Part shown: in pieces, positions 55,757 through 64,000 of the stretch
Layout of the letters: each line of letters opens with the position of its first letter
How positions within the stretch are numbered: the stretch's first letter is position 1
NCBI GenBank assembly: GCA_012862495.1
Contig: BLSG01000090.1
Span: forward strand, 1-64,000
Length of the DNA: 64,000 nt
DNA from: Thraustochytrium aureum
Lineage: Eukaryota
Direction: 5' to 3'
Position numbers and translations under genes: made by a program
The notes under the pieces: generated by a model
The model's input: only the letters and a program-made list of their open reading frames with translations
Database searches by the model: none
Told to the model about the DNA's origin: nothing

Positions 55757-57238
55757 TCAGATGGGTCGCAGCGCACCATCCTCTTGCAGCTCGGCAGCTT
55801 CTCCGCTTTCGATCTCACTCCCTGTCCGTTTGAGTCGGGTTGCCCGTGGCCGCCCGTGCACCCAAATCGCAAACCCAAACAGCGCTGCGTTGGCGAAAAC
55901 CACCGCGCCAGCTATGCGGTACAACGCGTGCGACCCTACGGTGCCCATCGCCCAGGCACCAAGCAAGACGCCCACCCCAAACCCGAACGACTTTATGGCG
56001 AGGAGGAAACCCTGCGCAAAATTCTCAAACTTGGCCGGTGCTATCTCGCTGATGAAGAACACGCTCGCAAGCTGCGTGCAAGTGTACGTGACGCCGTGAA
56101 GCGGCTCGACAGCCAGTATAAGCCACCCAGAGTCCTTTGTGACGAGCGTGTACACGATGACGCGGCTCGCGTACGCGAGCAAGCCCACGATCATCAAGTT
56201 GGAGGGGCCAAGTTTCTTCAGCAAGGGGGCCCCCAGCGCAAACAGCGGGATCTCGAAGGATACCGTAACGACCACAGAAAACCCTAGCAAGAGGTTGCTC
56301 GCCTGCAGGTCGTTGCGGAAGAACAAAAAGACGAGCGACTCGACCTGGACTTGGCCAACCGCAATCACCACGATCGTTGCGAGGAAGCACAAGTTGAACC
56401 ACTGCGTGCACGTGCGCGCAAACTCGCGCATCGCATGCACGGGCGGCGGGGCTGGGAGAACGCTTTCCACAGCGGCCAAGGCTACGACAGCCGGGTTGCA
56501 CTCCTCATCCGCAAGATCCAAAGCCGCCGCCGCTGTGCGACCAGTTGTTGCGGCGCAAGGCGTTGCCGCCATCGTACCGACCATCTCCACACCACTCGCG
56601 GGTTCCTGCTTGCTCACGACCTCGTACTCCAGCGGAGGAGAGTCTGCGAGCCAAATGTAGCCCAGGAATACGGTTGTCGCTAATCCAGACGCTGGGACCA
56701 TGATCATGTACGGAAACCACTGGAATAGAATGCCGAGCGTCAAGTGCATCAAGCCCCACCCCACCGTGCCATACATCCGGGCCCTTCCGTACCGCGCTCG
56801 GCGGGCATCGGAGCAGCTCGCGGCAGCCTGGGCTGCAGACGTCCTCCCGGCGTTGTTGGCGTTGCGGGCGTCAGCGTCCAGGAGGCGGAGCGCTGCTGCG
56901 TCCATCACAGGCAGCACGCCACTGATGCACACCGCGTGCATCGTCCGAACGACCAGCACGCCTGAAAACGTCTGCAATGCCGGCACGCCGAGCAGCGCAA
57001 AGAGAAGCGCCCCGCCGCCCGCCGACAAGGTCAGCACCGTCTTCCACTCCAGCACCTTGTCCGCGAGCAGGCCCCACAAGATGGGCGCCGCCATATTGAT
57101 GAACGTTGGCACCGCAAACACGGCGCCCATCTGGGTCTCATCCAGCCCGAGCTCCGCCAGCAGCAGGCTCATGAACCTGCCTTGCGTGGCCCAGACGGTC
57201 CAGCCAAACAACAGCAGCCATCGCGGCTCGACCTGCAT
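55757..57238 (-). CDS. MFS transporter, MFSD6/MFS_1_like family
   Basis: PILWGLLADK, YGRARMYGTVGWG, FEIPLF, VEPLHGVT and about 12 TM helices. Confidence 0.88.
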   Translation of the reverse strand: MQVEPRWLLLFGWTVWATQGRFMSLLLAELGLDETQMGAVFAVPTFINMAAPILWGLLADKVLEWKTVLTLSAGGGALLFALLGVPALQTFSGVLVVRTMHAVCISGVLPVMDAAALRLLDADARNANNAGRTSAAQAAASCSDARRARYGRARMYGTVGWGLMHLTLGILFQWFPYMIMVPASGLATTVFLGYIWLADSPPLEYEVVSKQEPASGVEMVGTMAATPCAATTGRTAAAALDLADEECNPAVVALAAVESVLPAPPPVHAMREFARTCTQWFNLCFLATIVVIAVGQVQVESLVFLFFRNDLQASNLLLGFSVVVTVSFEIPLFALGAPLLKKLGPSNLMIVGLLAYASRVIVYTLVTKDSGWLILAVEPLHGVTYTCTQLASVFFISEIAPAKFENFAQGFLLAIKSFGFGVGVLLGAWAMGTVGSHALYRIAGAVVFANAALFGFAIWVHGRPRATRLKRTGSEIESGEAAELQEDGALRPI

Positions 57239-57688
57239 CGATCTATTCCTCCCTGGCCACAGACTCCGCCACAGATGCGATGTCGCCGCGGGGACGCTTT
57301 CAAGCGGGGCGCACTGCTCTCGAGAGCCCGCTGTCGAGCCTCGCATCTGTGCGATTCCGGCAGTCCTGGCTGCCCGCCATGTCGGGCCTGGTTGGTTTTG
57401 TCTGTCTTCCCTTCCTTCGCCAGCGAGGACGGACTCCGCGCTCGCCGATCCTGATCGCCTTCACTTCCACCCCGAGGCCGCTTCATCCCGGTACTCCTAC
57501 CTACTCTACAGTGCTCGGCGTGGCCAGAGCGCGGGATGACTGGCGCACCATCCGAGCGCTCGGCGTGCGAGTCTTGCAGGCTCGTTGAGCCCGCCGGGCG
57601 GCAGGGGCAGGTCGATGAATGAACTTTTGCCCTCCCGCTGCCGCGCGAATCGTGTACTCTACCATGCAGCACGCCGCACTAGTAGGCT

Positions 57689-58962
57689 TTATGTTGGGAG
57701 CAAGCCGAGCGTGCGCGAGGCGACCAAGTCGCCGGTGTAAATGCAGCATGTCTTGATCGCGTCCTCAACAATGTGCTGCTCAAACTCAAAGCGCGACCCG
57801 AGTCCCAACCCGGCGAACGAAGCGAGCGTGCGCGCGGGATCTGTGTTGCGCGGGACGAAATAGGCGACGTCACGAGCAACGGCGGCGGCGAGCGAGAGGA
57901 GGCGAAGGCCGTCAGCGGTGCCGCCAGGCTCTCCAGCGGAGGAAACCGAGATGTGCTCTTTCAGGTCATACGATTCGGCGCTCTGGTACTCCGGTCCGCC
58001 CCAGGGCGGCGACAGGAAGACCGTGTCGACAACCTGATTCCGCCCGGCCAGCGCTTTGAGAAGCTGGACGGCGTCACCGTGGATGAACTCGATTCGCTCT
58101 TCGACGCCGTAAAGGCGGGCGTTGTGCCTCGCCATCTGCAGCCTCGCCCAGCTCAGCTCTACCAGAATGACACGCTCACAGGTAAACGCAAACTGGATCG
58201 CGTTCCCACCGCACCCCCCAAAGGCGTCCAGGATGACGCCAGACCTGCAGCGCTCGGCGATGTGCTCAGCAATGGTTTCTGGCGTGACTGAATACCACGA
58301 CTCTGCGTCCATCTGGATGCCCTGGTCAAACTTGCAGAAAAACCTATACCTTTGCGTGTAGTACTTGCGCGGCACGTCAGCAAACTCTGCCGGAATCGGT
58401 GCGTCCTTCGGAACAGGCGAGCTCCGCGGAGTCATGAACGCCGAGTACTTGTTGAGGCGGATTCGCGTCAGAAACATGGTCCCCGCGCCCGCCTCGAGCT
58501 CGATCGCGCCGCCGGCCGGCTCCAGCACACCGATTCTAGGGTCTTTGGCCGCGCGGCGCTTTTTGGTCTTGGGGATCGAAGCGGCAGCCGCGGCCCCTGG
58601 CAACGGGCCAAACAGGAGCGCGCACAGCTGTCTTGCAAGCGAGTCGTCTGCGCACTCGAGCGCGCTCGCGCTAGAGAACGGGGCTCTAAGGCGCGCGAGA
58701 CCTAGGATCGCAAGTTCCGGGAGCGCAGCTTCGTCGCCGGCGAGTTCGAATGGGATCGAGTGCTTCGCCAGCACGTCTGCAGCACAGGCGAGCGCCTCGC
58801 CAGCACGCCCGCCGATCGCCTCAGCGGCCGACTTCGCTGCGGCGGCATGCCCTAGCCCCGATTTCCCACCCTCGGCCCGCGCTTCTGCGGCCCGGGCGGC
58901 GCTTTCATTGCGGGCGCGCTCCACCACTCGACAAGTGGATCGCCCTCCATCGAAAGAGGCAT
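57689..58962 (-). CDS. TGS1: Trimethylguanosine synthase (5' end in gap)
   Basis: KYYTQRYRFF.KFDQGIQMDAESWYSVTPETIAEHIA, DAFGGCGGNAIQFA, FLSPPWGGPEY, PRN. Confidence 0.93.
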
Positions 58963-59869
58963 NNNNNNNNNNNNNNNNNNNNNNNNNNNNNNNNNNNNNN
59001 NNNNNNNNNNNNNNNNNNNNNNNNNNNNNNNNNNNNNNNNNNNNNNNNNNNNNNNNNNNNNNNNNNNNNNNNNNNNNNNNNNNNNNNNNNNNNNNNNNNN
59101 NNNNNNNNNNNNNNNNNNNNNNNNNNNNNNNNNNNNNNNNNNNNNNNNNNNNNNNNNNNNNNNNNNNNNNNNNNNNNNNNNNNNNNNNNNNNNNNNNNNN
59201 NNNNNNNNNNNNNNNNNNNNNNNNNNNNNNNNNNNNNNNNNNNNNNNNNNNNNNNNNNNNNNNNNNNNNNNNNNNNNNNNNNNNNNNNNNNNNNNNNNNN
59301 NNNNNNNNNNNNNNNNNNNNNNNNNNNNNNNNNNNNNNNNNNNNNNNNNNNNNNNNNNNNNNNNNNNNNNNNNNNNNNNNNNNNNNNNNNNNNNNNNNNN
59401 NNNNNNNNNNNNNNNNNNNNNNNNNNNNNNNNNNNNNNNNNNNNNNNNNNNNNNNNNNNNNNNNNNNNNNNNNNNNNNNNNNNNNNNNNNNNNNNNNNNN
59501 NNNNNNNNNNNNNNNNNNNNNNNNNNNNNNNNNNNNNNNNNNNNNNNNNNNNNNNNNNNNNNNNNNNNNNNNNNNNNNNNNNNNNNNNNNNNNNNNNNNN
59601 NNNNNNNNNNNNNNNNNNNNNNNNNNNNNNNNNNNNNNNNNNNNNNNNNNNNNNNNNNNNNNNNNNNNNNNNNNNNNNNNNNNNNNNNNNNNNNNNNNNN
59701 NNNNNNNNNNNNNNNNNNNNNNNNNNNNNNNNNNNNNNNNNNNNNNNNNNNNNNNNNNNNNNNNNNNNNNNNNNNNNNNNNNNNNNNNNNNNNNNNNNNN
59801 NNNNNNNNNNNNNNNNNNNNNNNNNNNNNNNNNNNNNNNNNNGCAGCGGTGAGCTCCATTGCGAGCGAG

Positions 59870-60895
59870 ATGGAGGTCGGGAACGCCTCGCTTGCCCACG
59901 GAATCGAAACGGACGCAACCTTCGGCCAGCGGAGGTTCTATTGGATTGCAAGCTGCGTGCTTCTCTGGGCGGGGGCGGCTCTACTCGTCTTGCTTTTCTC
60001 GAAATGGCGCAGCCCAGAGTCGCGGCTACGGTTGCGGTTCTTCGTGCCTTTCCAGGTTCTCGTAATTGGCGACGTGGTCTTTGTGTTTTTCGTTTACCTG
60101 CCCTACCACACCTACAACGCACTTGCCTCCTCGATCGACCCGGCTTACGAGATCACCAATCCGGTGGTGTGCAAGGTGTGGTCGTGGCTCGCGCTCGTGG
60201 GGATAACCACCAATATGCTCGGGATCACCTTCGTCTGGTCCTATACATGGAACATGCTGTCCGCAGCGGTTACGCTTCGCGCCAGAGACGACCACGGCAG
60301 AGCACGAGTCGTGTTCAAAGCAAAAGCACTGGGGGCCTGCGTCCTCCTCGCTACGTGCTGGTTCGTCCAGGCCTATGCAACCGATTCGGCCGGTTCGTTT
60401 CGTGGGCTGTACTGCGGTGTGACCCTTGATGGGGCGAACGGCGCTATCGTCATGACTCTGGTGGCAGGCTCTTCTACCGCGATGGCGTACTATTTCATCA
60501 AGTCTGTGCGGCTTCTTCGCGCGCAGTTTGTCGAGGTGTGCGCGACGACTGGAATTAACGTTTCGCTTCAAGAAAGGCAACTCCTGGCCAACCTTGGAAA
60601 ACTTGCGGTGCTCACAACGGCCAGCTATCTGTTTTGCTGGGGGCCCATCGCGACTTACTCGTTTCTCGCCCTGATCGGGACGGCACTGCCGATCGAGTTT
60701 GCTATCGTGTCGAGCATGCTCGTCAAAGTGCAGCCGATTCTAGACGTGTTGCTTATCCTCACCTCGCCAGCGTACTGTGGGTCGAAACGAACCAAGGCCA
60801 CTGACTACTCCTCGACCAAGGGGACGGTCACCTCGGCCAAGGTCCGGCCAGGCGAAAGCTCGCACCAGGAAGAGGCAAAGTCTGCGCTGCATTGA
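59870..60895 (+). CDS. Class A (rhodopsin-like) 7TM receptor with Lys in TM7 (opsin-like)
   Basis: N-terminal NAS sequon, seven TMs, LVIGD (D2.50), VCKV (C3.25), ECL2 GLYCG, YLFCWGP (CWxP) and TM7 SSMLVKVQPILD. Confidence 0.75.
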   Translation: MEVGNASLAHGIETDATFGQRRFYWIASCVLLWAGAALLVLLFSKWRSPESRLRLRFFVPFQVLVIGDVVFVFFVYLPYHTYNALASSIDPAYEITNPVVCKVWSWLALVGITTNMLGITFVWSYTWNMLSAAVTLRARDDHGRARVVFKAKALGACVLLATCWFVQAYATDSAGSFRGLYCGVTLDGANGAIVMTLVAGSSTAMAYYFIKSVRLLRAQFVEVCATTGINVSLQERQLLANLGKLAVLTTASYLFCWGPIATYSFLALIGTALPIEFAIVSSMLVKVQPILDVLLILTSPAYCGSKRTKATDYSSTKGTVTSAKVRPGESSHQEEAKSALH

Positions 60896-61032
60896 CTGCG
60901 GGGGGGGTGCAACTCATCTTGCCACGCGTTATTTGAGGAGGGCCTCGGGGTTGGCTCCTCGAAACCTCGAGAAAGGTGCGACCGGGGGTTGATTTACATA
61001 CTTTTGATTGAGTTCTTGATCAAGCAAAGCAA

Positions 61033-62135
61033 CTAATCCATCTCGTCCAGGAACGCGTGCGAGGCGCGCTCAACCTGCTCGCGATTTTCCGCCTGCTTGC
61101 TCGCCGATCCGGCCAGCCGGCCCTCCTGCGCTTCGACGTGCTCGGCGAACTTTGCCAGGTACTCGTTCAATTCCCTCGCCTGCTGCTGCTCAGCTTCGCT
61201 CTGGCTAGCGACAGGCGCAGAAAAGTTGTGCACTGCAGCTGCTAACTCGGACGCAGAAGGCAACCAACAGCCCTCGCACGACGGGTCGTTGCACTCTGGC
61301 GCGTGGGAAGTGTCCAAGTTTGAGCCGCCATGCCTTGCCCAGGTTCACCGCTCGACTGCTCGGCGTTCCCATCTTCCGCGTCCGAGTCGAGCGAGTACGC
61401 CTCGTACTTGACCTGCTCGTCGCCATCGAACGTCTGGATGTGCGAGGCATCGCTCTCGTCCTCGATGACAAAATCGAAAGCCTGGCCCTCGCGCACGCCG
61501 TTGATCATGCCGTCGATCAGCGCGTCGACGTGCTTGCCGTGGTCGCTGGCCTCCGCTCCATCATTAACGGTGCACATGAAGCGCAGCTTGACCGCGACTT
61601 GGCGCAGCAGCCCTTCCACGGTGCTCATGACGCCTTCGCTATTGAACAGCTCAATCTCGCCGGCCCTGAGAAACGCCTCGCCGGCGAGCACCACCTCGCG
61701 GTTAAAGTCTGCCTCGGTTCGCACCGAGAGCGTGATGCGCCGGCCGAACCCGTCGGGGAGGTCGTCGACGCCATCGCGCTCAGGAGCCACGGCGCGCACC
61801 TTGCGGTAGGTGAACCCGCACGAGGCGTTCATGCACACGAAGGAGATGAGGCTGGCCAGTCCAAAATTGGGAATCTTCATTTCCGCGTGCGAGTACAGCC
61901 CCACCCCGGCGCATGAGATACACGGCACCTCGGCCTTCTCCACATCCGCGATGCCAAGCTGGTTATCCTCCGCGTCAAACACCTTGAGCCTCGCCAGCGC
62001 ATCCTCGCCGAGCTCGGCGCCTTCGCCTCTCGCGACCGCTTCCCGCTGCGCCGCGCTCAGCGTATCCTCCGCGCCTCGCGACGCCTGAAACCGCCTGTCC
62101 ACCTCCGGGTGGTCCACCATGCGCCGCTGCGCCAT
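61033..62135 (-). CDS. ZPR1-like zinc finger protein with a single ZPR1 module (frameshift near 61320)
   Basis: CISC...IPNFG...SFVCMNASCGF, GRRITL, DFNREVV, STVEGLL, F.FVIEDES.ASHIQ. Confidence 0.8.
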
Positions 62136-62586
62136 CTCCCGAGTCTGCAACTCTTTCCTCTTTTTCCAAAGTTTTTCGTGGTCTGCTCAACCCGCGTTCG
62201 CCCCGCGCTACCCTAACCCACGACCTAACCAGCGCGCTCTGGGCTAGTAGCACTACACCCGCGATACAAGCAGCGCGGAAGCGGCCTATGTACAAGGAGC
62301 AGCCGAAACGGCAATAGGTAGCAAGGTTACGCCGGAAGGATCCGGGTTGGGAACGTGGGCGATCGATCGATCCCTTGGCAGAACCAAGGGCGCGAGCCGA
62401 GGCAGCAGAGCGCAGCAGACCCCGAACGCCGCGNNNNNNNNNNNNNNNNNNNNNNNNNNNNNNNNNNNNNNNNNNNNNNNNNNNNNNNNNNNNNNNNNNN
62501 NNNNNNNNNNNNNNNNNNNNNNNNNNNNNNNNNNNNNNNNNNNNNNNNNNNNNNNNNNNNNNNNNNNNNNNNNNNNNNNNNNNNAC

Positions 62587-62609
62587 GGAAGGAAGGAAGG
62601 AAGGAAGGA
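62587..62609 (+). repeat. (GGAA)5+ microsatellite next to the gap
   Basis: Directly visible. Confidence 0.85.
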
Positions 62610-62652
62610 CGTGGTGTCTGGGGTGGTGGTGCTGCTGCCTCGCTGCTACGCG

Positions 62653-64000
62653 ATGGTGGTGGCCGGCGGAGACGGCGCGGGTGGGGGTTGGGTGCCGCTC
62701 GACCGCGAGTGTGCGGGGGCGGTCGAGAATGGGCGGCGGGGAAACGTCTTTCTACATCCGCTGATGGACGTTGCGGGCGGACGGGAAACGGCGACGGCTG
62801 GCTTGGATGGCGGCCATCCGCTGCCGGAGGTGGGCCGCGTCGAGCTTGGACAAGATCCGCTGTCGGCGCGAGCCGTCGCTGGAGTGAAGGCGGCCTGGCC
62901 CCGAGCCATGTTTGACGAGGTGGCGCGGGACGCCGGGCCCACCGCTGGAGACTCGGCGAGCTCGAAGGAGGAACGGCGCTGGCAGAGCCGCTGGGTCGCC
63001 TTCGGAGACCGCGTAAAGCGCCAGTTTACCGTCGCCGGGAGCATCAACATTGACGCGGCGTTCTTAAGCACTGGCCCGGGCAGCGAGACGGGGATATCCG
63101 CCGCGCAGAGCAAGTCGGTGGCTCTGTCGCAGGCTCGAATGCGCCTCGACCACTTGGAAGCGCGGGGGCGCGCGGTTCACCGTTCTTCCCCCGAGCGTGG
63201 CCAGATCGCAATGACTCAGAGCGAGTACGCAGATCGAATCTCACGACTCCACAACGCGCTCCAAATTGCATGGAGTGACGGCCAGCGCGTTCAGGCGCTG
63301 CGCATCGTGGTGCAGTGCGCCAAGCTGCTCTGCGATTTGACCGCGCCGCAGTTTTACCCAGCTTTGTGGGTCCAGGTCGCAGACATTCTCGAGAGCTTTG
63401 CGGCGCTCGTGCTGGCGCGGCTGGTCACAATCGCGGGTTCCGGCGGAGCATCAGCCAGTGATGCAGCGCGCGAGACGTGCCGGAACTGGCTGTTCAAGGT
63501 CGCATGTGTGCGCGAGCTGCTCCCACGCCTCTACATCGAGGCCGCCCTCCTTCGGTGCTTGCCTTACGTGGCCGCTGACGAGGCAGACCGCCAGTTTGGG
63601 CGACTGTGCAGCATGGTTCGTGGTGTTGGAAGTCCCACGGCCGCCGTTTACTGCCGGGCCTTCATGTGCATGCAAGGAGCTCGACTCGGTCGCGAGAGCC
63701 CCGAGACCCGCTTGCGGTGTGAGCGGCGAGCACATATGGAGCAGTGCTTGGTTGACCACTTGTTTGTGATGGACGAGTTTCTGCGCCTTCGAACAGTGCG
63801 GGTGTGGTCGGAGCGCGGCCTCACGGAGGCGCAGGTCCTCCGCCTGCACGCGCCTGCGCTAGAGTGGATCATGCGCGAGCTGAGCGAGAGCGCTTCGGAA
63901 AAGGACTTTGCTTCGCTGCTAGAGCGCTGTGAGGCGCACCGCTCTGCGCGCTCCGAGGTGGTGCTGGGTCTATTATTGAGCACATTCGAGCCCACGCTCT
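62653..64000 (+). CDS. VPS35L: VPS35L (C16orf62) Retriever complex subunit, 5' part; runs off the window
   Basis: Own translation (not in the ORF track because there is no stop): HPL, TQSEYADRI..L...L..AW...QRVQALRIVVQCAKLL, QFYP, ARETCRNWLFKVACVRELLPRLYIEAALL. Confidence 0.9.
   Translation, partial: MVVAGGDGAGGGWVPLDRECAGAVENGRRGNVFLHPLMDVAGGRETATAGLDGGHPLPEVGRVELGQDPLSARAVAGVKAAWPRAMFDEVARDAGPTAGDSASSKEERRWQSRWVAFGDRVKRQFTVAGSINIDAAFLSTGPGSETGISAAQSKSVALSQARMRLDHLEARGRAVHRSSPERGQIAMTQSEYADRISRLHNALQIAWSDGQRVQALRIVVQCAKLLCDLTAPQFYPALWVQVADILESFAALVLARLVTIAGSGGASASDAARETCRNWLFKVACVRELLPRLYIEAALLRCLPYVAADEADRQFGRLCSMVRGVGSPTAAVYCRAFMCMQGARLGRESPETRLRCERRAHMEQCLVDHLFVMDEFLRLRTVRVWSERGLTEAQVLRLHAPALEWIMRELSESASEKDFASLLERCEAHRSARSEVVLGLLLSTFEPTL

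Noticed and set aside
3886..59899. ORFs joined through N-gaps (e.g. 31846-33702, 41067-42629, 57689-59899, 58750-60429)
   Set aside because: Frame continuity through Ns is meaningless. Only the sequenced parts were interpreted.
1138..61320. Programmed ribosomal frameshifting or RNA editing as the cause of at least 12 frame breaks (about 1139, 3571, 7035, 9460, 25018, 28963, 41463, 46798, 48783, 49040, 49560, 61320)
   Set aside because: The breaks can be repaired by changing the length of a short homopolymer, involve all four bases and both directions, share no slippery motif, and hit otherwise intact housekeeping genes such as proC and XPC. This is the typical homopolymer sequencing-error pattern. 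Read or cDNA alignment would settle it.
62211..62230. CCCTAACCC telomere-like or telo-box motif upstream of ZPR1
   Set aside because: Only one or two degenerate units, which is compatible with chance.

Overview
GC-rich, gene-dense, almost intron-less eukaryotic scaffold with 13 N-gaps. Gene content (centriole/flagellum genes, plant-type XPC tail, GT61, PTS2) fits a flagellated protist, probably a stramenopile such as a labyrinthulomycete/thraustochytrid; this taxonomy is inference. About 26 protein-coding loci are recognisable: DyP peroxidase (3' end), TALPID3-like, XPC/Rad4, sphingolipid delta-4 desaturase-like, ARM repeat protein, mitochondrial SAM carrier, SLC38-type transporter, SAC3/LENG8, a ~4,000-aa HYDIN-like multi-ASH protein, a PAP2/FIT-like membrane protein, CEP78, an orphan multi-TM receptor-like protein, RIIa+EF-hand (RSP7-like), ATG10, PIF1, Costars+LIM, PYCR/proC, EGLN-like dioxygenase (one intron), cytochrome P450, GT61-sulfotransferase fusion, MFS transporter, TGS1, a class-A-like GPCR, single-module ZPR1 and VPS35L. 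Many genes are split by single-base frameshifts in homopolymer runs, best explained as sequencing errors. Top leads: (1) a rhodopsin-type GPCR with a lysine at the opsin retinal-attachment position of TM7; (2) an anchor-less P450 starting with a canonical peroxisomal PTS2 presequence; (3) a GT61-sulfotransferase fusion; (4) a Costars-LIM fusion. No rRNA, tRNA, CRISPR array or transposon was seen. All family calls come from motif recognition, not database searches.
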